Origin: Terriglobia bacterium
Lineage (GTDB): Bacteria > Acidobacteriota > Polarisedimenticolia > Polarisedimenticolales > JAIQFR01
Reading direction: 5' to 3'
Length of the DNA stretch: 64,000 nucleotides
Assembly: GCA_963748015.1 (NCBI GenBank)
Contig: CAVVHE010000004.1
Span: forward strand, 544,001 to 608,000
Shown here: positions 52,231 through 62,266 of the stretch, in pieces
Position numbering within the stretch: position 1 is the first letter of the stretch
How the letters are laid out: each line of letters opens with the position of its first letter
The notes under the pieces: model-generated
Databases searched by the model: none
Seen by the model: only the letters and a program-made list of their open reading frames with translations
Told to the model about the DNA's origin: nothing
Translations under genes and position numbers: made by a program

Positions 52231-52868
52231 TGGCCCGCAAGGTCTCCGCCCGCGAAGGGGTGCTCCTCGGCGTGCTCGTCGCCGCGACGCTCGTCTACTT
52301 CTGGGTGAGCTCGAAGCCGGAGCCCGGAACCCGTTCCGCCGCGGCGAAGGGGGCCGCGGCGAGGAAGGGGAAGGACGCCGCGTTCCGTCTGCCCGTCGTG
52401 AGGATGGACCTGCTCGCCAGCCAGACGGAAGCCTACGACGAGCGAGGACGGGACCTGTTCAAGTACAGCCAGCGGCCGCCCTCGGTCGCGGAGGTCCGCC
52501 GGCTGCGCGAAGAGGCGGCGCGACGCCAGCGGGAGATGGAGGAGGCGAACCGGCGCGCGGTCGAGGAGGCGGCGCGGCGGCAGAAGGAAGCGGAGGAGCA
52601 GGCGCAGCAGCTCGCGCTGCACCCCCCGCCCCCGCCACCGCCGACCCCGCCCCCGATCAACCTGCGCTACCTGGGGTACCTTGGACCGAAGGACAACCGG
52701 ATCGCGGTCTTCGAGGACGGGAAGGAGCTGGTCGTGGCCCGCAAGGGCGAGGTGGTCAAGGACCAGTTCAAGGTCGTGGACGTGAAATGGGATACCGTCG
52801 TGATGGGGTTCGTGAAACCCGAGTTCAAGGGGATGACCCAAGAGCTCGCCATGACGCGCGGCAAGTGA
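52227..52868 (+). CDS. PilP/GspC-like protein
   Basis: TM anchor, RDLF motif, poly-Pro linker, LRYLGYL...VARKGEVV..FKVVDV HR-like domain; between pilO and secretin. Confidence 0.65.
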   Translation: MMARKVSAREGVLLGVLVAATLVYFWVSSKPEPGTRSAAAKGAAARKGKDAAFRLPVVRMDLLASQTEAYDERGRDLFKYSQRPPSVAEVRRLREEAARRQREMEEANRRAVEEAARRQKEAEEQAQQLALHPPPPPPPTPPPINLRYLGYLGPKDNRIAVFEDGKELVVARKGEVVKDQFKVVDVKWDTVVMGFVKPEFKGMTQELAMTRGK

Positions 52869-52890
52869 CGGGGCCAGGGGAGACGAATCC

Positions 52891-55293
52891 ATGAAGACGT
52901 TTCGAGCGGTGGCACTGTTGGTCGCATGCGGGCTCCTGGTCGGGTGCGCTGCGGACAAAGCCTACCGGAAGGCGGAGACGGAGTCCCGGAAGGAGAACTG
53001 GGACCAGGCGGTCCTCGGCTACAGCAAGGCCGTGGCCCTCGACCCGGGCAACACGCGCTACAGCGTCTCGCTCGAGCGGGCGAAGCTCAAGGCGTCGGCC
53101 GTGCACTTCGAGAAGGGGAAGCGCTACGCGTCGGCCAGCCAGTGGGAGCTGGCCATCGCGGAGTACCAGCAGACCCTCCTCCTGAATCCCGGGAACCAGC
53201 ACGCCGCGACCGAGCTCGAGCGCGCGACGATCCAGCTCCAGCGGCGCAACTTGGGGCCGTCGGAGATGGAGCGTCTCAAGGCGAAGGCGAAGAAGGAGTC
53301 GCTCGCCCCGCCCAAGCTCTCGCCGCGCTCCAACATCCCGATCCTCCTCCAGTTCCGCGAGCAGCCGATCGGCAAGATCTTCGAGGCGATCGGCAAGGCC
53401 TCGGGGATCAACTTCATCTTCGACGACAAGACCGACCTGACCAAGCCGATGACCGTGGACATCGGGAACGTCACCCTCGACAAGGCCCTCGACATCCTGA
53501 TGCTCCAGACGAAGAACTTCTACAAGGTCATCGACGACTCCACCCTCCTGGTGGCCCCCGACAACCGGCAGAAGCGGCAGGAGCTGGAGGACCAGGTCAT
53601 CCGCACCTTCTACCTGAGCAACGGGGAGGTCAAGCAGGTCCAGACGCTGCTCCGCACGCTGCTCAACACCCGCCAGATCGCGGAGAACGATCCCCTGAAC
53701 TCGGTGACCATCAAGGACACGCCGGACAAGGTGGCGATCGCCGAGAAGATCATCGACGCGAACGACAAGGCCAAGGGCGAGATCGTCATCGACGTCGAGC
53801 TGCTCGAGATCAACCGCACGATCGCCCGAACGCTCGGGATCGACCTCAGCTCGAAGACGCTCTCGGCCACCTTCCGCGACGGGAAGCAGTCGGTCCCGCT
53901 CAACAACCTGAGCATCCTGAAGCAGGCCGGGAACTGGCTGGTCGGGACGATCCCGAGCGTCGTGATCAACTTCCTGAAGAGCGACTCGGACACCCGGTCG
54001 CTGGCGAAGCCGCAGCTCCGCGTGACCGAGGGGGAAAAGGCCGAGATCCTGATCGGACAACGCATCCCGATCCCGACAACGTCGTTCAACACCGGAGCTG
54101 TCGGTTCGGTCGGAGGCCAATCCTTCGTCCAGCCGATAACGTCTTACACCTATCAGAACGTCGGGATCACCGTGCAGCTCGAGCCGAGGGTCCACCACAA
54201 CAAGGAGGTCACCCTCAAGATCGACGTCGAGGTCTCGAACGTGGCGGGAGTGATCAACGTCGTCGGACAGGGCGGCGCCCAGCCGATCATCGGCACCCGC
54301 AACATCAAGACCGTGATCCGGCTGCGGGACGGCGAGACGAATCTCCTCGCGGGACTGATCAAGCGCGACGATTCGTCGTCCCAGACGGGCGTCGCGGGCC
54401 TGTCGGACATCCCCGGTCTCGGGAAGGTCTTCAGCAACAACGACATGAGCAGGTCCGAGACCGACCTCATCTTGACCTTGACCCCGTACATTCTCCGGAT
54501 ACCGGACATCACCGAGTCGGACCTCGTTCCGCTGTGGGTGGGGACCGAGGACAACATGAGGCTCCGGCTGCCGGCCCGGAACCCGTTCAACGAGTCTCCC
54601 TTCTCGCCCGCCGACGAAGGCGGGGCGGAGGGAGGTGCGGCCGCCGCCGCGCCTACCACGACCGCGCCTTCCGGGACGATCCCCGGTGGGACGGCCTACA
54701 CGCCCCCGGTGTCGGGGAGCACCGAGAAGCCGCCGGGAACCGGGGCCAGCCCGCAGCAAACGGCACCTCCGCCGAGCGAGGCCCGCGGGGGGGGCGGGAC
54801 GAACCCGCCCGACGACACGCCCGAGGAGCCTCCGCCGACCCCGCCCCCGACGGACAGGAAAGAGCCCCCGCCGCCGGCCGTGGTGCGCCTGATCCCATCC
54901 GCCCCGGCCTACAAGGTCGGCGACCGATTGGTCGTCGAGGTGCGGATCGAGAACGGCACGGGTGTGGGCTCGGTCCCGTTCCACCTCCGGTACAACCGGC
55001 AGGCGCTGGAGTTCGTGCCGCCCGGAATCCAGGGTCCTTTCCTGGCCAGCGACGGGACCGGCACCGTGTTCCTGGCCAACGACGCCGCCGGCGGGGGCGA
55101 GGTCGTCGTCGGCCTGTCCCGCCTCGGAGGCGGGGAAGGGGTCAACGGCTCCGGAATCCTGGCGACATTCCAGTTCCAGGCGGTGGGTCCGGGGGACTGC
55201 GCGTTCGCGTTCACCGGGGCGAGCGTGAAGGACGGGCAGGCGAGGAATCTCCCCTCGACGTTCCTCACGGCGGCGGTCCAGGTCCAGCCCTGA
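52891..55293 (+). CDS. Secretin (GspD/PilQ family) lipoprotein with N-terminal TPRs and C-terminal cohesin-like domain
   Basis: Lipobox LVGC; TPR-like helices; N domains; core LAKPQLRV..GEKA, YQNVGI, LRDGET.LLAGL, IPGLG, LTPYI; Pro-rich linker; beta-sandwich tail. Confidence 0.9.
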   Translation: MKTFRAVALLVACGLLVGCAADKAYRKAETESRKENWDQAVLGYSKAVALDPGNTRYSVSLERAKLKASAVHFEKGKRYASASQWELAIAEYQQTLLLNPGNQHAATELERATIQLQRRNLGPSEMERLKAKAKKESLAPPKLSPRSNIPILLQFREQPIGKIFEAIGKASGINFIFDDKTDLTKPMTVDIGNVTLDKALDILMLQTKNFYKVIDDSTLLVAPDNRQKRQELEDQVIRTFYLSNGEVKQVQTLLRTLLNTRQIAENDPLNSVTIKDTPDKVAIAEKIIDANDKAKGEIVIDVELLEINRTIARTLGIDLSSKTLSATFRDGKQSVPLNNLSILKQAGNWLVGTIPSVVINFLKSDSDTRSLAKPQLRVTEGEKAEILIGQRIPIPTTSFNTGAVGSVGGQSFVQPITSYTYQNVGITVQLEPRVHHNKEVTLKIDVEVSNVAGVINVVGQGGAQPIIGTRNIKTVIRLRDGETNLLAGLIKRDDSSSQTGVAGLSDIPGLGKVFSNNDMSRSETDLILTLTPYILRIPDITESDLVPLWVGTEDNMRLRLPARNPFNESPFSPADEGGAEGGAAAAAPTTTAPSGTIPGGTAYTPPVSGSTEKPPGTGASPQQTAPPPSEARGGGGTNPPDDTPEEPPPTPPPTDRKEPPPPAVVRLIPSAPAYKVGDRLVVEVRIENGTGVGSVPFHLRYNRQALEFVPPGIQGPFLASDGTGTVFLANDAAGGGEVVVGLSRLGGGEGVNGSGILATFQFQAVGPGDCAFAFTGASVKDGQARNLPSTFLTAAVQVQP

Positions 55294-55307
55294 CGCGGAA
55301 GAGAGAC

Positions 55308-55811
55308 ATGGCGCGAAGACGATCGGAAGGAGCGGCCGGACGAAAGGGAGGCGCGGGGGTGACGCTGATCGAGCTGGTCTGCGTCACCGCGATCGTCCTG
55401 GTCCTGGCCGGCGTGGCCATTCCGGTCGCGAGCACCTGGGTGCGGCGCGAGAAGGAGCTCGAGCTGCGCCAGGCGCTGCGGGGGATGCGGGAGGCGATCG
55501 ACCGCTTCCAGGCCGACGTGCAGCGGATCCCTGGAATGCGCCAGACGAAGATGAACGCGGTGAACCAGGACGGCTACCCCGAGAAGCTCGAGTGGCTCTA
55601 CGAGGGGTACGACATCGGCGACGCGGCGGGGACGCGCCTCAAGTACCTCCGCCGCCTGCCGAGGGACCCGATCACCGGGAAGAGCGAGTGGGCGACCCGC
55701 TCGAGCCGGGACCGGCCGGACGCCCACTTCAGCGACGAGATGAACATCTTCGACGTGCGCTCGAAGAGCGAGGCGGTCGCCCTCGACGGCACGCGCTACA
55801 GGGACTGGTGA
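55308..55811 (+). CDS. Pseudopilin / type II secretion protein G-like (prepilin)
   Basis: Basic leader then G|VTLIELV, E5 present; YLRRLPRDPITG. Confidence 0.85.
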   Translation: MARRRSEGAAGRKGGAGVTLIELVCVTAIVLVLAGVAIPVASTWVRREKELELRQALRGMREAIDRFQADVQRIPGMRQTKMNAVNQDGYPEKLEWLYEGYDIGDAAGTRLKYLRRLPRDPITGKSEWATRSSRDRPDAHFSDEMNIFDVRSKSEAVALDGTRYRDW

Positions 55812-55824
55812 GGAGGTGGGTATC

Positions 55825-56247
55825 GTGCCGCTACGAGGCATGCGGAGCGGGCCCGCGGGGCGGCGCTCGGGGGGATTCACCCTCATCGAGCTCCTCGTGG
55901 TCGTCGCCATCATCGGGATCATCGTGACGGTGGCGTCGGGTCAGTACCGCCGGTCCATCCAGAAAGCGAAGGAAGCGGTCCTCAAGGAGGACCTGTACAT
56001 CATGCGCACCGCGATCAACCAGTACTTCGCCGACAAGGGGAAGTACCCGTCCGACCTGCGGGCGCTGGTGGACGACAGCTATCTCAAGGCGGTCCCCGTG
56101 GACCCGGTCACCCTCAGCACCGAGACCTGGGTGACGGAGATGTCCGAGGGGGACGAGAAGGACATCTCGACGGAGCCGGGGATCGCGGACGTCCGCAGCG
56201 GGGCCCCGGGGACGAGCCTCGACGGGTCGAGTTTCGCGGAATGGTAG
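55825..56247 (+). CDS. Pseudopilin GspG-like (prepilin)
   Basis: G|FTLIELLVVVAIIGII; YLKAVPVDPVT; start uncertain (55816/55825/55840). Confidence 0.9.
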   Translation: MPLRGMRSGPAGRRSGGFTLIELLVVVAIIGIIVTVASGQYRRSIQKAKEAVLKEDLYIMRTAINQYFADKGKYPSDLRALVDDSYLKAVPVDPVTLSTETWVTEMSEGDEKDISTEPGIADVRSGAPGTSLDGSSFAEW

Positions 56248-56282
56248 GAGCAGGCGGCAGTACCGCCGCAAGGAGACATGTC

Positions 56283-57350
56283 ATGAACCGCAACAGCCAC
56301 CTCGCTCGTTCCGCCGCGCTCATCCTGCTGGCCATCGCGACCTGCGGGAGCTGCGAGAAGGGCGAGGTCCTCGCCCCCGCGGAGTCGACGATCACCCTGA
56401 CCGCGACGCCAAACCCGGTGACCTTCAAGGAGGACGACACCGAGTTGCCGGTGGACATCGAAGCCCGCCTGCGGACGAAGGACGGCTTTCCGCAGCAGGG
56501 TGTGACCGTGACGTTCACCACGACGGGGGGAAGACTCGAGCCGGACTCCATCACGACCAACAGCGACAGCATCGCCAGGGTCCAACTCATCGTCCTGGTG
56601 ACCGACCCGGACTCAATCGAGGTAACCGCGACGTCTGGAGGGGTCTCGCAAAAGGTCCCCATCACCAAGAAGCTCGAAGGCGTGGCCCCCTCGGACGGCA
56701 CCCTGACGCTGAGCGGTCCATCGAGCGTCAGCATCGACGGTGCGAGCGATCCCGGCATGCAAAAGACCGTCTCCTTCGTCGCGCTGGTCAAGGACAAGGC
56801 CAACCTGCCCCTTGCGCTGGTTCCGGTCGAGTTCACGGCGTCGCCGTGCAAGTTCGATTCCGATTCCGGGCCGACAGACCGGATCACGGTAAACACCGGC
56901 GCCGCCGGCACCGCGTCGACCGACGTGGTCATCAAGATCACGGATTACGTGCAGTGCTCGATCTTCGCCCAGGCCGGCGCGCTGACGGCCAACACGACCA
57001 TCGCCAAGTCCGTGAGCTCCATCCCGGACGGCGCCTACATCGACCAGAGCGCCAACCCACCCCAAATCACGATCTACGTGAACCAGGGACAGACGAGCGG
57101 AAGCACGGCCGTGTCGGCGCTGGTCACCGTGAGCCAGGGAGGTCTGGCGATTCCCGGGATAACGGTGTTGTTTTCGACGACCGGGGGCGGACAGCTCGGA
57201 AGTACCAGCGTCGTCACGGACAACCAGGGAAGGGCGACGGCGACCCTCACGATGACGACCAACGATCCGTCTTCGACCATTATCAACATCACGGCGAATC
57301 CGATCACGACGCAACTGACGGTTGACAAGAACGAGGTGACCACCCCGTGA
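56283..57350 (+). CDS. Thr-rich lipoprotein with bacterial Ig-like (Big_1/invasin-type) repeats
   Basis: Signal ending ATCGSC; repeats VTVTFTTTGG..TTNSDSIA and TVLFSTTGG..TDNQGRATATL. Confidence 0.75.
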   Translation: MNRNSHLARSAALILLAIATCGSCEKGEVLAPAESTITLTATPNPVTFKEDDTELPVDIEARLRTKDGFPQQGVTVTFTTTGGRLEPDSITTNSDSIARVQLIVLVTDPDSIEVTATSGGVSQKVPITKKLEGVAPSDGTLTLSGPSSVSIDGASDPGMQKTVSFVALVKDKANLPLALVPVEFTASPCKFDSDSGPTDRITVNTGAAGTASTDVVIKITDYVQCSIFAQAGALTANTTIAKSVSSIPDGAYIDQSANPPQITIYVNQGQTSGSTAVSALVTVSQGGLAIPGITVLFSTTGGGQLGSTSVVTDNQGRATATLTMTTNDPSSTIINITANPITTQLTVDKNEVTTP

Positions 57351-57399
57351 GGTCACGCGGACGCGTGCGGAAGAACATCGGGAACCGGGAGGCCGCAGC

Positions 57400-58227
57400 A
57401 TGAGCGGCAACGGTCGCGACGCGGAACGAGGCCACCTCATGGTGGGCCTCGTCGCGGCCGTGGCCGTCATGATGATCCTCACCCTCGTCGCGGAGCAGGT
57501 CTGGGCGGACGTCCTGCGGCGCGATCTCGAGGCGGAGATGATCTTCCGGGCGCAGGACATCGTCCGCGCGCTGAAGCGCTACCGCGCGGACCACGGCGGG
57601 AAGCTGCCGACGGAGCTCAAGGAAATGATGGAGCCCGGGCCGCGGGGCGCGTATTACCTCCGCAAGCTCTGGAAGGACCCGCTGGTCAAGGACGGGAAGT
57701 GGGGGCTCCTCTACGCCTCCCCGCAGGGGGGATACCTCGATCCGAACGCGCCTCCCGGGATGGACCCGTCGGTGCCCCTCGGCCTTCCGTCCGGGGCCGC
57801 CCCCGGGCAGCAGCCGCGTGAGCCCGAGCGTCCGGCGCGGGACCGGAAGCAGCCCCAGAGTCCCGACGATTCGAAACCTCGCCCCGACGACCAGGAAGGC
57901 TCGGACGAGTCGTCGCCCGGGGCGCGGAAAGAGAGCCCCGGAAGCCTGAGGACCCGTTTCGGCGCGGCGACCGGGGAGATGACGGGGATGCCGATCATCG
58001 GCGTGAAGAGCCTGTGCGCCAAGAAGCCGTTCCGCGTCATCAACGACCAGGCCGAGTACGCCCTCTGGCGGTTCACCCTGCTCGACCTCGAGCAGCCCCA
58101 GCGCCCCGGCGCGGGACCGGGCGGGGTGAATCCCCAGAACCCGGGACAGGGGCTCCCCGGGACGCCGGGCGCGGGCAAGAATCCGTTCGGCGGCAGGAAC
58201 CGTCCGGGTCGCCTCAACAACAACTGA
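57400..58227 (+). CDS. Atypical minor pseudopilin-like protein
   Basis: ERG|HLMVGLVAAVAVMMIL (no E5); RRDLEAEMIFRA, YLRKLWKDP; Pro/Gly-rich inserts. Confidence 0.75.
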   Translation: MSGNGRDAERGHLMVGLVAAVAVMMILTLVAEQVWADVLRRDLEAEMIFRAQDIVRALKRYRADHGGKLPTELKEMMEPGPRGAYYLRKLWKDPLVKDGKWGLLYASPQGGYLDPNAPPGMDPSVPLGLPSGAAPGQQPREPERPARDRKQPQSPDDSKPRPDDQEGSDESSPGARKESPGSLRTRFGAATGEMTGMPIIGVKSLCAKKPFRVINDQAEYALWRFTLLDLEQPQRPGAGPGGVNPQNPGQGLPGTPGAGKNPFGGRNRPGRLNNN

Positions 58228-58349
58228 TCCCCCCGCGTGCGGTGGTCGGCCGGGGTGGGGGTGCTATATACTCCGCGGCCCCACTGAAGGCGGCCCGGGA
58301 GGGCGCGCATCGCGCGGCCCGCGCCGCCGGTTTCCATCCGGCGAGGGCC

Positions 58350-59612
58350 ATGATACGCAAGGAAAAGCTAGACAACGGCCTGACCCTCATCACCGAGAGC
58401 ATGCCCCACGTCCGCTCGGTGGCGATCGGTATCTGGCTGCGGCAGGGTAGCCGGCACGAGCCGGCGAAGCTCAACGGCGCCTCCCACTTCATCGAGCACC
58501 TGGTCTTCAAGGGGACCGAGAATCGCTCGGCGCGCGAGATCGCCCTCGCCATGGACACGGTCGGCGGGCAGATGGACGCCTTCACCTCGAAGGAGTACAC
58601 CTGCTTCTACGCCAAGGTGCTCGACGAGCACGTTCCGGTGGCCGTGGACCTCCTCTCCGACATCGTGCTCCGCCCCCGCTTCGACCCGGACGATCTGGAG
58701 CGCGAGCGGAAGGTCGTGATGGAGGAGATCCGGATGGTGGAGGACTCCCCGGAAGAGCTCGTCTACGACCTCTTCTCGAGCCACTTCTACCCCAAGCACC
58801 CGCTCGGACGCCCGATCCAGGGGACCGAGACGACCGTGGCGGGCCTCAGCCGCTCGCGTCTTCTCCGCTTCTTCCACGGGGCGTACCGTCCCGGGAACAT
58901 TCTCATCGCGGCCGCGGGGAACATCCGGCACGACCGGTTCGCCCGGACGATCCGGCGCGCGTTCGGGAAGATGCCGCGCACCCGCGACGGGTCCCGGCCG
59001 ACCACGACGCCGAGGCCGAATCCGGGGCTCGTGACCCGCTCGAAGCGCGAGCTGGAGCAGCTCCACCTCGTGCTGGGCGTTCCCGGTTTCCCCGAGCGCT
59101 TCGAGCAGAGGTACTCGCTGTTCGTGCTCAACGCGCTCTTTGGCGGCACGATGTCCTCGCGCCTCTTCCAGAAGGTCCGGGAGGAGAGGGGGCTCGCGTA
59201 CAGCGTCTACTCGGCCGTCAACGCCTTCGCCGACGCCGGCCTCCTGATGGTCTACGCGGCGACCAGCCCTTCCAAGGGAAAGGAAGTCCTGCGGCTGATC
59301 CTCGCCGAGATCGAGGACCTCGCGGAGCGGAAGCCGGACGCGTCCGAGACCGAGGTCGCGAAGGAGCACCTCAAGGGGAGCCTGATGCTCTCCCTCGAGT
59401 CCACCGTGAGCCGGATGTCCAACCTGGCGCGGCAGGAGATCTACTTCGGCCGGCAATTCTCCCTCGAGGAGACGATCCGCGGGGTCGAGTCGGTCTCCCG
59501 CGAGAGCATCCACCGGGTCGCGAAGCGGCTCTTCGAGAATCGCCGCCTCGCCGTGGCCGCGGTCGGGAGGACCTCCGGCCTGCGCCTCGGCCGGGGAACG
59601 CTCACGTCATGA
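58350..59612 (+). CDS. M16 (pitrilysin family) zinc peptidase
   Basis: [11 protein letters not shown] inverted zinc motif, [18 protein letters not shown]. Confidence 0.93.
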   Translation: MIRKEKLDNGLTLITESMPHVRSVAIGIWLRQGSRHEPAKLNGASHFIEHLVFKGTENRSAREIALAMDTVGGQMDAFTSKEYTCFYAKVLDEHVPVAVDLLSDIVLRPRFDPDDLERERKVVMEEIRMVEDSPEELVYDLFSSHFYPKHPLGRPIQGTETTVAGLSRSRLLRFFHGAYRPGNILIAAAGNIRHDRFARTIRRAFGKMPRTRDGSRPTTTPRPNPGLVTRSKRELEQLHLVLGVPGFPERFEQRYSLFVLNALFGGTMSSRLFQKVREERGLAYSVYSAVNAFADAGLLMVYAATSPSKGKEVLRLILAEIEDLAERKPDASETEVAKEHLKGSLMLSLESTVSRMSNLARQEIYFGRQFSLEETIRGVESVSRESIHRVAKRLFENRRLAVAAVGRTSGLRLGRGTLTS

Positions 59613-60070
59613 CCGGCGGGACGACCGAGCGCGTTCTCGTCCGCCGGTTGCCGGAAGCCAGGGATCTTCCGTTCCCGTGCCGGGCGACGGACCGGTCCGC
59701 GGGATTCGACCTCAGGGCCCGCGTCGAGGCGCCGCTCACGATCGAGCCCGGCGCGCGCGCCCTCGTTCCCACGGGGATCGCTATCGCCCTCCCCGACGGG
59801 TACGAGGCGCAGCTGAGGCCGCGCAGCGGCCTCGCTCTCCGGTCCGGCCTGACGCTCCTGAACACCCCGGGGACGGTGGACGCGGACTACCGGGGAGAGA
59901 TCGGAGTCGTGATGGTCAACCTCGGCGCGGAGCCGGCCACGATCCGCCGGGGCGACCGGATTGCCCAGATGGTGGTATCCCGCCTGCCGGTCGTCGAGCT
60001 CGAGGAAGCGGATTCGCTCCCCGAGACCGCGCGCGGGCCCGGCGGCTTCGGCCACACCGGAACCAGCTAG
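59609..60070 (+). CDS. dut: dUTP diphosphatase
   Basis: [36 protein letters not shown]. Confidence 0.96.
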   Translation: MTGGTTERVLVRRLPEARDLPFPCRATDRSAGFDLRARVEAPLTIEPGARALVPTGIAIALPDGYEAQLRPRSGLALRSGLTLLNTPGTVDADYRGEIGVVMVNLGAEPATIRRGDRIAQMVVSRLPVVELEEADSLPETARGPGGFGHTGTS

Positions 60071-60078
60071 GAGGGGCA

Positions 60079-60858
60079 GTGGCGGTCCGGATCTTGCCGC
60101 TCGGCTCGAGCTCGAACGGGAATTCGACGCTGCTGGAGTTCGGGCGGACACGCCTGCTGGTGGACGCCGGTCTCTCGTCGCGCGAGCTGACCCGCCGCGT
60201 CGAGGCGGCGGGGGTCGATCCCGCGAGCCTCTCGTGCATTCTCCTGACCCACGAGCACCACGATCACAGCCGCGGCACCGAGCGATTCTCGATGCGGCAC
60301 AAGGTGCCGGTCGTCTGCGCGCCCGAGGCCCTCGAGGCGATGAACCTCTCGCCGGTGCACCTGGCGTCCTGGGCCCCGCTCTCTCCGGGGAGCGTGTTCG
60401 AGATCGGCGGGGTCCGGGTGGATCCCTTCCCGATCCCTCACGATGCCGTGGCGCCGCTCGGTTTCGTTCTCGAGGGGGAAGGGGTGCGCGTCGGAGTCGC
60501 CCTGGACCTCGGCCACGCCACGACCCTGGTCGTCGAGCGGCTTCGCGGGTGCCACGTGCTGTTCGTCGAGTCGAACCACGACGACCGCATGCTTCAGGCC
60601 GGGCCGTACCCCTGGCAGCTCAAGCAGCGGATCGGCGGGAGAATGGGGCACCTCAGCAACACCGACGCGGCCGCGCTCCTCGCCCGCGTCGCGGACGACG
60701 AGTGCCGGGCGGTGGTCCTGGCGCACCTGTCGGAGAGGAACAACACGCCGGCGCTGGCGCGCTCCGCGGCGTCCTCCGCCCTCGCGTCCGCCGGACGGAA
60801 ACGGTACGAGATGCGGGTCGCGGAGGCGCGCCGTCCCAGCGTGCCCCTGACGTTGTGA
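60079..60858 (+). CDS. MBL-fold metallo-hydrolase, YycJ/WalJ-like
   Basis: LGSSSNGN, THEHHDH, PHDA, ESNHD, GHLSN, HLSERNN. Confidence 0.9.
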   Translation: MAVRILPLGSSSNGNSTLLEFGRTRLLVDAGLSSRELTRRVEAAGVDPASLSCILLTHEHHDHSRGTERFSMRHKVPVVCAPEALEAMNLSPVHLASWAPLSPGSVFEIGGVRVDPFPIPHDAVAPLGFVLEGEGVRVGVALDLGHATTLVVERLRGCHVLFVESNHDDRMLQAGPYPWQLKQRIGGRMGHLSNTDAAALLARVADDECRAVVLAHLSERNNTPALARSAASSALASAGRKRYEMRVAEARRPSVPLTL

Positions 60859-60880
60859 CGGGCGAAGGGAGGGAGGCGGC

Positions 60881-62176
60881 ATGATCGAGCGGTACACCCG
60901 GGCCGAGATGGGGCGCCTCTGGACCGACGAGGCGAGGTTCGCGACCTGGCTGGAAGTGGAGTTGGCCGTATGCGAGGCGCTCGGGGCGCGAGGGATGATC
61001 CCGGCCGCCGACCTCGCGGCCATCCGGGAGAAGGCGGGCTTCGACACGAAGCGGATCGCGGAGATCGAGGCCGAGGTCCGCCACGACGTGATCGCCTTCC
61101 TGACCAGCGTTTCCGAGAAGGTCGGGCCCCCGGCGCGCCACATCCACTACGGGCTGACCTCCTCGGACGTGCTCGACACCGCGCTGGCACTCACCCTCGT
61201 CCGCGCCGCCGACCTGATCCTCGCCGATCTCGGCCGCTTGATGGAGGTCCTGAGACGGCGGGCGCTCGAGCATCGCCGCACGGTGATGGTGGGCCGGACC
61301 CACGGCATCCACGCCGAGCCCTACACCCTCGGCCTCAAGCTCGCGGGCTGGTACGCCGAGGCCGCGCGAAACCGGGAGCGCCTCGGCGCGGCCCGCGAGG
61401 AGATCCGCCACGGCAAGATCTCGGGGGCGGTGGGGACCTACGCCCACCTCGGTCCCGAGATCGAGGCCGAGGTGCTCGAGCGGCTCGGCCTCCGTCCCGA
61501 GCCGGTTTCCACCCAGGTCGTTCCCCGCGACCGGCACGCCGCCTACGTGTCGGCGCTGGCCGTGACCGCCTCGTCCGTGGACCGGATCGCCACGGAGATC
61601 CGCCACCTGCAGCGGACCGACGTGCGGGAGGTCGAGGAGCCGTTCGCCAAGGGGCAGAAGGGATCGTCGGCGATGCCGCACAAGCGGAATCCCGTCGGCG
61701 CCGAGAACCTCTGCGGCCTCGCCCGGCTCGTGCGCTCCCACGCGGGCGCGGCGCTCGAGAACGTCGCGCTCTGGCACGAGAGGGACATCTCGCACTCCTC
61801 GGTGGAGCGGGTCATCCTCCCGGACTCCACGATCCTCGTGGACTACATGCTGAGCCGGCTCACCGGGATCCTGGACGGCCTTCTCGTCTACCCCGATGCG
61901 ATGCGGGCGAACCTGGACAAGATGCGGGGGCTGGTGTTCTCCCAGGCGGTTCTCCTGGCGCTGACCCGCGCCGGGATGAGCCGGGACGCCGCGTACGCGG
62001 CCGTGCAACGGAACGCGATGAAGGTCTGGGAGGGGAGCGCGGGGTTCAGGGACCTTCTCGCCTCGGATCCCGAGGTGTCGGCGGCGCTCTCCGGGGCGGA
62101 TCTCGACGCGGCATTCGACGCGTCGCAGACGCTCCGGCACGTGGACGCGATCTTCTCGCGCGTATTCGGGGAGTGA
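60881..62176 (+). CDS. purB: Adenylosuccinate lyase
   Basis: [43 protein letters not shown]. Confidence 0.97.
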   Translation: MIERYTRAEMGRLWTDEARFATWLEVELAVCEALGARGMIPAADLAAIREKAGFDTKRIAEIEAEVRHDVIAFLTSVSEKVGPPARHIHYGLTSSDVLDTALALTLVRAADLILADLGRLMEVLRRRALEHRRTVMVGRTHGIHAEPYTLGLKLAGWYAEAARNRERLGAAREEIRHGKISGAVGTYAHLGPEIEAEVLERLGLRPEPVSTQVVPRDRHAAYVSALAVTASSVDRIATEIRHLQRTDVREVEEPFAKGQKGSSAMPHKRNPVGAENLCGLARLVRSHAGAALENVALWHERDISHSSVERVILPDSTILVDYMLSRLTGILDGLLVYPDAMRANLDKMRGLVFSQAVLLALTRAGMSRDAAYAAVQRNAMKVWEGSAGFRDLLASDPEVSAALSGADLDAAFDASQTLRHVDAIFSRVFGE

Positions 62177-62266
62177 TCGGGGCGGAAGGTATAATCTGCG
62201 CGTCCCGCGGCCGGGCCGGCGGCACGGCGGCACCGGGTTCGCGAGGGATGGGGACGGCGTACAGCG

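Noticed and set aside
52621..52656. C-rich tandem-like run
   Set aside because: Simply encodes the poly-proline linker of the PilP-like protein
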